Part shown: positions 19,513-29,338 of the stretch, one piece after another
How the letters are laid out: every line of letters begins with the position of its first letter
Position numbering within the stretch: the stretch's first letter is position 1
Assembly (NCBI GenBank): GCA_965230295.1
Contig: OZ246001.1
Coordinates: forward strand, 1,120,001-1,184,000
Length of the DNA: 64,000 nt
Direction: 5' to 3'
Source of the DNA: Marinicella sp.
GTDB lineage: Bacteria > Pseudomonadota > Gammaproteobacteria > Xanthomonadales > Marinicellaceae
Made by a program: the position numbers and the translations under genes
Notes under the pieces: model-generated
Database searches by the model: none
What the model was told of the DNA's origin: nothing
What the model saw: only the letters and a program-made list of their open reading frames with translations

Positions 19513-22500
19513 ATGACACATCAAGCCTTACCATTCTCAGCGCACTACTTAATGGACGAAGAAGCATGGGTGAATCAACTGCTGGATTTTGCTAATCCAG
19601 GTGCCGGGAAACGACAAGAAATAAAACAATTGGCCACACAATTGGTGAAAAATGTTCGGGCACAAATTGATGACATGGATGGTGTCGATGCCTTCATGAA
19701 AGAATATGACTTGTCTTCTAAAGAAGGCATCCTGTTGATGTGCCTGGCAGAGGCCCTGTTACGCATTCCAGACAAATCCACAGCCGATAAATTAATCAAG
19801 GACAAAATCCTCGAAGCTGACTGGAAATCTCATCTAGGTAACAGTGAATCTCTGTTCGTCAATGCCTCCACTTGGGGCCTGATGCTAACCGGTAAGATCA
19901 TCGACATCGATGAAAGCAAAGGTGGCATGGCTCGAGCGCTTGACAAGTTCATCAATAAAACGGGGGAACCGGTGATCAGAAAAGGCATCCACCGTGCCAT
20001 GCAGGTGATGGGCAAACAATTCGTGATGGGCCGCAACATCAAAGAAGCCATCAAGCGTTCTGGCAAAAAAGGTTTCAGAGATTACCGTTATTCCTATGAC
20101 ATGTTGGGTGAAGCTGCGTTGACTCAAGACGATGCCGAACGTTATTTCATGGCATACATGAATTCGATTGCCAGTATTGCCGATGCCAATAAAAAACGCC
20201 ACATCAATGATGCTTCAAGTATCTCGATCAAACTATCTGCCTTACACCCAAGATACGAAGTGGGCAATGTCAACCGAGTGATCAAAGAATTGGCGCCTAA
20301 AGTATTGGAAATTGCCAACCATGCCAAACAACTCAATGTGGCTGTCACCATCGATGCTGAAGAAGCCGACCGCCTGGAAATATCACTGAAAATTTTCGAG
20401 GCAGTTTATCAGCACTTAGAGGACTACCAAGGATTTGGGTTGGTGGTTCAGGCCTATCAAAAAAGGGCTTTGAAGGTGTTGGAGTGGCTGGCTGATCAAT
20501 ATGACCAACACAAACGCCTGATCCCCATTCGCTTGGTAAAAGGCGCTTACTGGGACACCGAAATCAAGCGTGCACAAGAACAAGGGCTAGACAATTACCC
20601 TGTGTTTACCCGTAAAGTCAACACCGATGTGTCATACCTGGCTTGTGCCAGATTTCTGCTGAACAACCGTTCCAGGTTTTATCCGCAGTTTGCCACCCAC
20701 AATGCCAACACGGTAGCGGCCATTAAAGTATTGGCCGGTGAAACAGGTGGGTATGAATTTCAAAGGTTGCATGGCATGGGCCAGGCCTTACACGCCCAAA
20801 CCATCAGCCCAGAAGGATTGAACCGCCCATGTAGAATTTATGCACCAGTGGGTTCACACGAAGACCTGCTTCCTTACTTGGTCAGGCGCTTGCTGGAAAA
20901 TGGTGCCAACACCTCTTTTGTTAACCGCTTGACTGACCTGACCCTGGACATTGATGCCATCACCCAAGATCCCATTGAAAAGGTACGTAAACACACTGTA
21001 CACAAGCACCCCATGTTGCCTTTACCCAGAGACATTTATGGCACCAGTCGCATCAATTCGGCTGGTTTCAATTTAGGCGATTTAAAATGTATCGAAGATT
21101 TACAAAAACATGTCAAAGCAGAATCCGCTTTAAAACATCACGCAACCAGTCTGGTACCTGGTACCGAAGCCATTGGTGAGTTGGTTGAGGTACATTCACC
21201 GGCCAATCTGGATGTGATGATCGGTAGTTACAACCGAGCACAACCCGATGACATCGATTCGGCTGTGAAGAACGCCAGTGCTGCTTTCCCGCAATGGCGT
21301 GACACCGCTGTTGCAACCAAAGCTGAATGTCTATTGAAATTGGCTGATTTAATGGAAAGGAACAGCCATGCCTTGATTAACTTGTTACAAAATGAGGCCG
21401 GAAAAACCATGGGTGATTGTATCGCGGAATTGCGCGAAGCCGTGGATTTTTGCCGTTATTACGCAGACCAAGCCATCCAGTTGTGTGGACAAGGTGAAAA
21501 AATGCCTGGGCCCACCGGTGAAAGCAACTACTTGTATCACCAAGGCAAAGGCGTGTTTGTTTGTATCAGCCCATGGAACTTTCCGTTAGCCATCTATACC
21601 GGGCAGATTGTTGCCGCATTGGTGACAGGTAACTGTGTGATTGCGAAACCGGCTGAACAAACCAGTTTGATTGGCCATTTCACAGCCCAATTGATGCACC
21701 AGGCAGGCATTCCAGAACAAGTGTTCCAGCTGGTTTTGGGTTCAGGCAGTCAAATAGGCAACCAACTGTGCCAATACAATGAAATTGCTGGCGTGGTGTT
21801 CACAGGCTCAACCCAAACTGCTCAAATCATCAACCTCAATTTAGCCAACCGCAAAAACGCTTCCATTGCCACTTTGATTGCGGAAACCGGTGGGCAAAAT
21901 TGTATGATTGCCGACTCTTCATGCTTACCAGAGCAACTGGTTAAGGATGTGATCAATTCAGCCTTTCTCAGCGCCGGACAACGTTGTTCTGCATTACGTG
22001 TGTTGTACATACAAGCTGATGTGGCTGATAAAGTCATCCATATGTTGAAAGGGGCCATGGATGAATTGTCCATTGGCAATCCACAGCTGTTCTCCACCGA
22101 TTTGGGACCGGTGATTGATCAAAAAGCATTGAGCCTATTACAAAATCACAGAACCCGCATGCAACAAGAAGGCACGCCCCTCAAAACACTCGGTGTTCCT
22201 GAAATCAATGGGCATTATTTTGCACCTCAGGCCGTCGAAATCAGCGACATAGGTGTACTGGAGCAAGAAATCTTCGGTCCATTCTTGCATGTCATCAGAT
22301 ACCAAGCCAATGAACTGGACCAGGTCATTGACGCCATCAATGGTACCGGTTATGGACTGACCACAGGCATCCATTCACGCATCGATGACACCATTGAATA
22401 TGTGGTTTCAAGAATTCAGGCAGGTAACTGTTATATCAACCGCAACATGATTGGCGCCGTGGTAGGGGTTCAACCTTTCGGAGGCATGGGCTTATCTGGC

Positions 22501-22623
22501 ACCGGACCAAAAGCAGGCGGACCCGGTTACCTCCGGCAGTTCCTCACTGAAAAAACCATCACCAACAACATTTCAGCTGTCGGAGGCAATGCCGACTTGT
22601 TGGAGTTGTCTGATGACGAATAG
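19513..22623 (+). CDS. putA: Bifunctional proline dehydrogenase / P5C dehydrogenase (no N-terminal RHH domain)
   Basis: LMCLAEALLRIPD, SYDMLGEAA, RLVKGAYWDTEIK, FQRLHGMG, VRRLLENGAN, AETGGQN, GQRCSALR; start placed at ATG 19513. Confidence 0.96.
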   Translation: MTHQALPFSAHYLMDEEAWVNQLLDFANPGAGKRQEIKQLATQLVKNVRAQIDDMDGVDAFMKEYDLSSKEGILLMCLAEALLRIPDKSTADKLIKDKILEADWKSHLGNSESLFVNASTWGLMLTGKIIDIDESKGGMARALDKFINKTGEPVIRKGIHRAMQVMGKQFVMGRNIKEAIKRSGKKGFRDYRYSYDMLGEAALTQDDAERYFMAYMNSIASIADANKKRHINDASSISIKLSALHPRYEVGNVNRVIKELAPKVLEIANHAKQLNVAVTIDAEEADRLEISLKIFEAVYQHLEDYQGFGLVVQAYQKRALKVLEWLADQYDQHKRLIPIRLVKGAYWDTEIKRAQEQGLDNYPVFTRKVNTDVSYLACARFLLNNRSRFYPQFATHNANTVAAIKVLAGETGGYEFQRLHGMGQALHAQTISPEGLNRPCRIYAPVGSHEDLLPYLVRRLLENGANTSFVNRLTDLTLDIDAITQDPIEKVRKHTVHKHPMLPLPRDIYGTSRINSAGFNLGDLKCIEDLQKHVKAESALKHHATSLVPGTEAIGELVEVHSPANLDVMIGSYNRAQPDDIDSAVKNASAAFPQWRDTAVATKAECLLKLADLMERNSHALINLLQNEAGKTMGDCIAELREAVDFCRYYADQAIQLCGQGEKMPGPTGESNYLYHQGKGVFVCISPWNFPLAIYTGQIVAALVTGNCVIAKPAEQTSLIGHFTAQLMHQAGIPEQVFQLVLGSGSQIGNQLCQYNEIAGVVFTGSTQTAQIINLNLANRKNASIATLIAETGGQNCMIADSSCLPEQLVKDVINSAFLSAGQRCSALRVLYIQADVADKVIHMLKGAMDELSIGNPQLFSTDLGPVIDQKALSLLQNHRTRMQQEGTPLKTLGVPEINGHYFAPQAVEISDIGVLEQEIFGPFLHVIRYQANELDQVIDAINGTGYGLTTGIHSRIDDTIEYVVSRIQAGNCYINRNMIGAVVGVQPFGGMGLSGTGPKAGGPGYLRQFLTEKTITNNISAVGGNADLLELSDDE

Positions 22624-22625
22624 AA

Positions 22626-22839
22626 TGAAGCGTCGCTTCCCTTCTTTGGCATCAATGCCAAAACCGGCTTCGCACGCAAGATATTTAAGAGTTTTCTCTG
22701 ACAAGCTTCGCTTGCCAACTGAAAACATGTATTGAAGCGTCGCTTCCCTTCTTTGGCATCAATGCCAAAACCGGCTTCGCACGCAAGATATTTAAGAGTT
22801 TTCTCTGACAAGTTTCGCTTGCCAACTGAAAACATGTAA
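22626..22839. repeat. Two tandem 107-bp hairpin-rich units
   Basis: Units start at 22626 and 22733 (TGAAGCGTCGCTTCCC...) and differ at 2 positions; located between convergent putA and the GNAT gene. Confidence 0.95.
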
Positions 22840-22846
22840 TGAATTG

Positions 22847-23365
22847 TTAATTTCTTAACCAAGCCATAGGGATATCGGCTTCATAACTGCCGTCTTTATT
22901 TTTTATCCGCGTGTTTAATTGGCCTTCTTTTTCGAAACCAAGGGATTGGTAAAAGGCAATGGCTTTGTGGTTTGATTCTCGAACGATTAATTCAACCCTA
23001 AGCACATGTGGCATGTTCATCTCAATTTCCTGGAGCAGTTTTTCAAAAAGCAATCGACCCACCCCTTGACCTTGGCAGCGAGGATCGACCGCGATGGTTA
23101 AGTCTGACATGACATGAGAAAAGCAACCTGGCTCAGGGGCATAAGCATGCACTTCACCCACAATTCGATAATTCAACACAGCCACCAAGCCCATGCCTCG
23201 ATCGATCGTATGTTTGATAAATTGGCTTACATACCCTTCAGTGACTTCATGTGCTTGCCTCGCGATGCCTCCGGTTAATGCGGCCACACCTTGATAGAGT
23301 TTTAACACACCGCTTATATGTTCTTTTTTCAGCTTACTGACCACAACTGGTAAAGAATCATTCAT
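22847..23365 (-). CDS. GNAT family N-acetyltransferase
   Basis: AVDPRCQGQGVG, ESNHKAIAFYQSLGF. Confidence 0.9.
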   Translation of the reverse strand: MNDSLPVVVSKLKKEHISGVLKLYQGVAALTGGIARQAHEVTEGYVSQFIKHTIDRGMGLVAVLNYRIVGEVHAYAPEPGCFSHVMSDLTIAVDPRCQGQGVGRLLFEKLLQEIEMNMPHVLRVELIVRESNHKAIAFYQSLGFEKEGQLNTRIKNKDGSYEADIPMAWLRN

Positions 23366-24504
23366 GATTTCTTGGCTTTTTTGTTTTGGTACATGGCCAT
23401 ATCAGCCGCTTGAATGATCGCCTCTGCTGACGGGTAAGAGTCATCGGCATGAATGACACCGATTGATACCCCGATACCAGCGCGTTGTCCATCAGGCAAT
23501 TCCAGAGGTTGAGAAATTTGATGCTTGATTCTTTCTGACAATTTTTTCACCGTTTCGTCTCGGTTGATATTGTGTTCAATGGCGGTTAAAACAATGAATT
23601 CATCACCACCTATTCTGGCCACCATTTGGTCTTTAGCTAAAACCTCTTTAAGCAACCGGGCCACATGTTGTAACACCCAATCACCATTGGCATGGCCCCT
23701 TTCATCGTTGATTTTCTTGAAACCGTCCAAATCAAGAAACAACACGGCAAATGCGGTGTATTGTTGATTGAGCAAAGCTGCCAATCGCTCCAACAAATAC
23801 TTGCGGTTAGGTAATCCGGTGAGAAAATCATGGTTGACCATATGATCTAATTTTTGTTGGGTCTTTTTGTGATTTGAAATTTCAGTTTTGAGCTTTTCGT
23901 TGATGACCAGTGCTTTGATGGCGGTTTTTGAAACCATACGTGACTTGTTAATCAATATCCCCCAAACAATCATCATGCTGAATGACAAACCCAGATAAAA
24001 GGGTGTGGCTTGAAACAACAAGAACAACAGCATCGGAAAAATAGTGACCAGGCTGATTAACAAGGTATAACTGGGCATCACGGCAAATCCAGTGGCACAC
24101 AAAGACACAATGGTGATCAGGATCAACACCAGATACATCACATAGTGGGCCTCAGCATCCTTTGGAAGCAGGAAAACAGCCAGACCAAACATCAGAGAAA
24201 TCAAACTGCCTCCGACCATTCGAACCAACAACCACTTTTCAGCATTGTCAGGGTTGAGATCTTCTTCATCAAATTTCACTTCAATCATCAACACCACCCC
24301 AACAAACACCAGCACCAATGCCAACCAAATCAATAAAGCCGCCCACCCCACTTCAGCAACCAACAGGATGAAAGCAACCACAACAGCAGTGATTATGGCA
24401 ACGGCAGCATTACCCGCCGAATTGCCAAAAAACAACTCCACACGTTTGAGTACCACTTGTTCAGTTAAAAATTCTGGATCAGATCCAAATATGAAACCAC
24501 CCAT
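23362..24504 (-). CDS. Membrane diguanylate cyclase
   Basis: Multiple TM helices; DFLTGLPNR, DLDGFKKIND..GH, RIGGDEF, ADMAMY; no RxxD I-site. Confidence 0.92.
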   Translation of the reverse strand: MGGFIFGSDPEFLTEQVVLKRVELFFGNSAGNAAVAIITAVVVAFILLVAEVGWAALLIWLALVLVFVGVVLMIEVKFDEEDLNPDNAEKWLLVRMVGGSLISLMFGLAVFLLPKDAEAHYVMYLVLILITIVSLCATGFAVMPSYTLLISLVTIFPMLLFLLFQATPFYLGLSFSMMIVWGILINKSRMVSKTAIKALVINEKLKTEISNHKKTQQKLDHMVNHDFLTGLPNRKYLLERLAALLNQQYTAFAVLFLDLDGFKKINDERGHANGDWVLQHVARLLKEVLAKDQMVARIGGDEFIVLTAIEHNINRDETVKKLSERIKHQISQPLELPDGQRAGIGVSIGVIHADDSYPSAEAIIQAADMAMYQNKKAKKS

Positions 24505-24582
24505 TTCCCAGTCAGCATCTTGTTGAATAGCGCCTATGATACCACCGCTGTAAAGGCCATTGCTTAATTCAATACCATTGAG

Positions 24583-24612
24583 AAATTAAATAAAAGCCCA
24601 AAGGCATTCCTT
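24583..24612 (+). repeat. Degenerate remnant of the dispersed element end block
   Basis: 22/30 identity to 19441-19470, ending in CATTCCTT. Confidence 0.4.
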
Positions 24613-24685
24613 AATAAGGGTTTTGTATCCCTGGTCAAAGGCGATTACAATTGAACCTTTTTTCACTCAATGTGCCTGATAGCCC

Positions 24686-26209
24686 ATGTATTTAGAGTAT
24701 TTTGAATTACAACAAGCACCCTTCTCGATCACCCCAGATCCGGAGTTTGTGTACTTGAGTGAAAAACACCAGGAATCATTGGCACACCTGATATATGGGG
24801 TCACCAGAGGTGGAGGAGCGGGCTTTGTACAACTCACAGGTGAAGTGGGAACCGGTAAAACCACCATCAGTCGGCTGTTCTTGCAGAAACTGCCTGAAGA
24901 CACACAAGCGGCCTTGATCCTGAATCCCAACATCACACCACTTGAACTGCTAGAAAATATCTTCAAAGAGTTTAAAATTTCAACCCGTGGTATGAAAGGC
25001 AAACTCAATACCATGGTGGAAAAGCTCAATGAACAATTGTTGCAGTGGTGGTCTGAAGGCAAAAACAATCTGGTTATCATCGATGAGGCACAGAACATCC
25101 CTCGTGATACCCTGGAACAATTGCGCCTGTTAACCAACCTAGAAACCGACCAACAAAAACTATTACAGATCATCTTGATCGGACAGCCTGAGTTAAAACA
25201 ACTGATGCAACGCAAAGACCTGCGGCAGTTGGCTCAGAGAATCACTTCAAGGTTTCACTTACAACCCTTGTCAAGAGCCGAAACCAAACACTATATCAAG
25301 CACCGCATAGCCGTCAGTTGTGGTGCGGAAGACTTGTTCTCCAACAACGCCATCAATCGCATTTACCAACAAACCAAAGGTGTGCCAAGAGTCATCAATG
25401 TGCTGTGTGATCGGGCTTTACTGGTCGCTTTCGCAGCCGAGGAAAAGTCGGTCAAATTGAAACACGTCAAACAAGCCATTGCTGAAGTGTATCCTGATCA
25501 AAATAAAGCCAACCATAAATATTGGATTGCCGCCATTGTACCTATTGTCTTAATGGGCTTACTCTGGTGGCAATGGCCTAACGATGAACCAACCAACAAC
25601 GCTTCTTCTCTACCCATCCCTGCCGAAACAACATTGAACAGTCTCCAAGCACCCACGGAACTTTTACAGTTACCCAGCACGGCTGTCAGTTGGCAACAAC
25701 TGTTGGCATTGTGGGGGGAAGACAGCAGCGCGGTTTGGAATCAAGCAACCTGTCCGGACATTTCACTGATTGGTATGGCCTGTTTACGCAAACAGGGAAA
25801 CATCAATCAAATCAAACAACACAATGTACCTGTCCTGCTGGCACTGAACAATGGCGAACTGGCTTTGCTCAAACAAATTTCCGCTGAACAATTGATCATT
25901 TCCACCACCCAAGGCGAACAAGCCATCAGTGAACAAGACATCAATCAACGCTGGTTTGGCAGTTATTTCATTTTATGGCCCATGGCTGTTGAGTTGATTA
26001 ATGATACAATCGGCGATGCCACCAATGCGTGGGCACTGAACATGGCCCAGGTGATAGATAACAACCCCAATATTCAAGCCACTGAATTAACAAATTGGGT
26101 CACTGATTTTCAGCGAAATAATGGCTTATTGGCTGACGGAATCATTGGTAAAGAAACACAAATGGCGTTATCAATACACGCTTATCATGGACCTAAATTA
26201 ATTGAGTAA
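24686..26209 (+). CDS. exeA: ExeA/GspA AAA ATPase with peptidoglycan-binding domain
   Basis: PFSITPDP, GEVGTGKT, IIDEAQ, LRLLTNLET..KLLQ; TM; C-terminal FQRNNGLLADGIIG. Confidence 0.92.
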   Translation: MYLEYFELQQAPFSITPDPEFVYLSEKHQESLAHLIYGVTRGGGAGFVQLTGEVGTGKTTISRLFLQKLPEDTQAALILNPNITPLELLENIFKEFKISTRGMKGKLNTMVEKLNEQLLQWWSEGKNNLVIIDEAQNIPRDTLEQLRLLTNLETDQQKLLQIILIGQPELKQLMQRKDLRQLAQRITSRFHLQPLSRAETKHYIKHRIAVSCGAEDLFSNNAINRIYQQTKGVPRVINVLCDRALLVAFAAEEKSVKLKHVKQAIAEVYPDQNKANHKYWIAAIVPIVLMGLLWWQWPNDEPTNNASSLPIPAETTLNSLQAPTELLQLPSTAVSWQQLLALWGEDSSAVWNQATCPDISLIGMACLRKQGNINQIKQHNVPVLLALNNGELALLKQISAEQLIISTTQGEQAISEQDINQRWFGSYFILWPMAVELINDTIGDATNAWALNMAQVIDNNPNIQATELTNWVTDFQRNNGLLADGIIGKETQMALSIHAYHGPKLIE

Positions 26210-26226
26210 CCAAAAACACTAATACT

Positions 26227-27030
26227 ATGTCTTCAATCATTGATGCACTGAAAAAATCTGACAAAAACCGCACCACAACTTCTGGCGCCAATGTCAATCA
26301 AATCAAATTCAACAATGAACCGCCTGCCAAGAGTCGCAAAGGATTCTGGTTGTTGGTGGTCTTTTTATTGTTGATTGCAGCCGCTGTGTTTGCCTGGCAA
26401 AGAGGTTGGCATCACAGTGTCATCGCCAAAGCCAAACATTGGCTGGGAGATGGATCCAACAGTGAATTGACAGACACTTCTCATGAAAATAATCAAACAG
26501 TCAATACGCAACCCAAACAACAAGCCAACCCAAAGGCTACCAACAAAAAGCCAAACAACAAGTTAACGCCACCAAAAGCCAATGAAGTTAAGGCCAAATC
26601 TGTCAGCAAAGCCGAAGATAAAAAACAAACTTTGACAGCGAATCAACCACCCACGAAAGATCAGGCTGCCACCAAAGAAACCACAGACAATCAAAAAGAC
26701 TCCATCACGCTCATTTCAGACAACCAGGCGATCCCAGATAAGAAAAAGGCTGAAATGAAAAAAATAGAAGATCGCAAATCATTGGAACCCAAGCTGAAAC
26801 AAGATTACTTGTTGATTCACCAGATTGACTTTGAGATCCGCAAGAACATCCCTCCTGTCAAGCTGAACATCCACATATTCGACCCGGATCCAAATAACCG
26901 CATGGTCATCATGAACGGCATAAAATTTGTGACTGGTGATGTGATCGAAGAAATTGTTAAGGTGAAAGAGATTGTTGAAGAAGGCGTGGTACTTGAGTTT
27001 GAAAACATCCGATTTTTAGTGCCTAAGTGA
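26227..27030 (+). CDS. exeB: ExeB/GspB type II secretion accessory protein
   Basis: MSSIIDALKKS start; TM; low-complexity linker; C-terminal HIFDPDP..R.VIMNG..GD. Confidence 0.85.
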   Translation: MSSIIDALKKSDKNRTTTSGANVNQIKFNNEPPAKSRKGFWLLVVFLLLIAAAVFAWQRGWHHSVIAKAKHWLGDGSNSELTDTSHENNQTVNTQPKQQANPKATNKKPNNKLTPPKANEVKAKSVSKAEDKKQTLTANQPPTKDQAATKETTDNQKDSITLISDNQAIPDKKKAEMKKIEDRKSLEPKLKQDYLLIHQIDFEIRKNIPPVKLNIHIFDPDPNNRMVIMNGIKFVTGDVIEEIVKVKEIVEEGVVLEFENIRFLVPK

Positions 27031-27659
27031 TCAATTTTTCAAATTTAAAGCCCAACCACTTTCCCTATGTTTCATTGGTGTTCTCATTGGTCTTTCTGTT
27101 TTTTTTGGTTTTGTCAGAATACAGCCAATTTCAGAATCAATTGATGGATCAATACGCCATCAAGACCAAAGAATATTGGAACCTCATCCAACACCAACCC
27201 ACTGAAGTCTTTCGCTTAATCACCGCCCAGTTTTTACATGGAAACATCTTGCATTGGGTGATCAACAATTCCGTATTCCTGTTATTGTCATTTGCCATTG
27301 AACGCGTTATCGGTTGGCAAAAGTTTTTATTGGTGTTTTTATTCTCGGGTATTGTAGGCAATGTATTTGCCAGTTATTTCATGCAAGATCAGGACAATTT
27401 ATTGATCGGGGCCAGTGGTGCAGTTTCTGGCTTAATCGGTTTGTGGCTGGTGATGTTTCCAGATAAAAAAATCAATTTCATCTTGCCCATAGGTTTATAC
27501 TTTCAAAAAACATCCATGCCCATCGCAGTGGTCATTATTCTGTGGCTGATCGTTCAAATCATCCTACAATTCCAACCCAACCCCTCATATGACATCGCAT
27601 GGATCAGTCACATCATGGGTTTTACAACTGGTTTTTTACTGGCTTGGTTTGTAAAATAA
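27027..27659 (+). CDS. Rhomboid family intramembrane serine protease
   Basis: RLITAQFLHGNILH, catalytic GASG and SHIMG; GTGA overlap with the exeB stop. Confidence 0.9.
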   Translation: MINFSNLKPNHFPYVSLVFSLVFLFFLVLSEYSQFQNQLMDQYAIKTKEYWNLIQHQPTEVFRLITAQFLHGNILHWVINNSVFLLLSFAIERVIGWQKFLLVFLFSGIVGNVFASYFMQDQDNLLIGASGAVSGLIGLWLVMFPDKKINFILPIGLYFQKTSMPIAVVIILWLIVQIILQFQPNPSYDIAWISHIMGFTTGFLLAWFVK

Positions 27660-27686
27660 CAACAATGCACCCATTTTCAGCAGGAC

Positions 27687-28010
27687 ATGAAGAGCAAAAC
27701 CTTATACCGCATCAATTACATCACCAACAGTGAAGTGTATGAATTGTATGCCAAAGCCATCAACAGCAATGAACTGCTCGGTTTCATCTCCCTGTCTGAC
27801 TTGGTTTTTGAAGTCAATTCAGGCGTGGTCATTGACCCCGTTGAAGAGCGGTTAAAAACCGAGTTCAACGACGTCAAATCTTTACATATCCCAATTCAAA
27901 ATGTTTTAAAGATTGAAGAGGTTGAACAGAAAAAATCGTGTAAAATCAAAGCATTGAAAACACATGCCCAGACTGCAAAGTTGCCGCAACAACCAGGATC
28001 CATTAAATGA
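27687..28010 (+). CDS. DUF1820 family protein
   Basis: YELYAK..GFI..VIDPVEERLKTEF..IEEVE pattern; RBS AGGA. Confidence 0.8.
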   Translation: MKSKTLYRINYITNSEVYELYAKAINSNELLGFISLSDLVFEVNSGVVIDPVEERLKTEFNDVKSLHIPIQNVLKIEEVEQKKSCKIKALKTHAQTAKLPQQPGSIK

Positions 28011-29338
28011 GCCAAACACATATATTAATCGTTGATGATGAACCGGACATCCGCAACTTGATTTCTGAAATTTTGACCGATGAAGGCTATCAGGTCTCCA
28101 CTGCAGATGGTGGCCAGGCAGCCAATCAACAATTACAGCAAATTTCTCCAGATCTGGTGTTGTTAGACATATGGATGCCTGACATTGACGGCATCAGTTT
28201 ATTAAAAACCTGGAATCAAAACCAGAACATGCCATTTTCAGTGGTGATGATGTCAGGTCACGGTACCATTGAAACAGCCATTGAAGCCACTAAAATGGGA
28301 GCCAGAGACTTTGTTGAAAAACCCATCTCATTGGCCAAATTATTACAAACCATTGAACAAACATTGTCATCCAGTCATACAGATCAAGGCCTGAATGACA
28401 TCAAGCAAGAATGGCAAGTACTGGAACCCATTGGCAGCTCAGCTGCGGCCAATGAAATGCGCAGCTGCATAGAAAAATTAAGTAAAACCACCACCAACAC
28501 CTTATTCGTAGGCGACAGCGGCACGGGCAAATTAACAATGGCTTTGTTGTTGCATCACCACCGCCATCACGATAACCAGGCGGTTGTGATCATCGACAGC
28601 CTGACTTTAACCGATGCCAACATCGATGAGTTGCTGGAACAACACCACCAATTGCTCATCAAACACCACCAAACCGGTTCAATCATATTGACCAACATTG
28701 ATTGTTTGACCGCTTCTTTACAAACCAAATTACTGATTCACATCAAACAATGGCAATTGCCACACCAGAATAACCCGGTACAATTGTTATCGACCACTCA
28801 ACAAGACATCAAGCTGATGGTCAGCAATGACGAATTTGATCGTGAACTGTATGAGTTTGTGGCTGAATTCACTGTTCCGGTTTGTGCCTTGAGCGAGCGT
28901 GCAGAAGATGTCCCGGAGTTGCTAAACTTTTACATTAATTTTTTACCAGACCAAGAACAAACACCCTATCGGAAAATGTCATTTGCCGCCCAAAACCATT
29001 TGCGCAACTACAATTGGCCGGGTAATTTACGTGAATTGAAAAATCTGGTCAGGCAATTACAACTGCAACCGGGTGAGGCTGAGATTCAACTGGAGGAAGT
29101 GGCTGAACTGATGCGTCAAGCACAACAAGAGGAAAGCAACTCTTCACAAAGCACCCGTTATGATTTAGAACTCAGGGAAGCCAGAGAAGAGTTTGAACGC
29201 GATTACCTGCTGTATCATTTACGTAAAGTGGATGGCAAAGTGGGTGACTTGGCCAAAATTTCAGGCATGGAACGCACCAATTTGTACCGCAAACTTCGCG
29301 CCCTTAACATCAACCCCAAGAACGCGGATCAATCATGA
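28007..29338 (+). CDS. ntrX: NtrX-like response regulator (REC, degenerate AAA+, Fis HTH)
   Basis: ILIVDDEPDIR, LLDIWMPDIDG, MMSGHGTIETA, GDSGTGK, WPGNLREL, GMERTNLYRKL; no GAFTGA; directly upstream of trkA. Confidence 0.8.
   Translation: MSQTHILIVDDEPDIRNLISEILTDEGYQVSTADGGQAANQQLQQISPDLVLLDIWMPDIDGISLLKTWNQNQNMPFSVVMMSGHGTIETAIEATKMGARDFVEKPISLAKLLQTIEQTLSSSHTDQGLNDIKQEWQVLEPIGSSAAANEMRSCIEKLSKTTTNTLFVGDSGTGKLTMALLLHHHRHHDNQAVVIIDSLTLTDANIDELLEQHHQLLIKHHQTGSIILTNIDCLTASLQTKLLIHIKQWQLPHQNNPVQLLSTTQQDIKLMVSNDEFDRELYEFVAEFTVPVCALSERAEDVPELLNFYINFLPDQEQTPYRKMSFAAQNHLRNYNWPGNLRELKNLVRQLQLQPGEAEIQLEEVAELMRQAQQEESNSSQSTRYDLELREAREEFERDYLLYHLRKVDGKVGDLAKISGMERTNLYRKLRALNINPKNADQS

Noticed and set aside
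22626-22839. Possible CRISPR array
   Set aside because: Units are 107 bp, contiguous and without unique spacers; no cas genes in the window
22527-22862. 111-aa minus-strand ORF with an internal repeat
   Set aside because: It is a translation of the 107-bp tandem repeat, overlapping the end of putA antisense and the end of the GNAT gene in another frame; no protein features
27027-27659. Rhomboid as the enzyme processing the IFxxGFE tag
   Set aside because: The tag has no transmembrane helix, which rhomboids require
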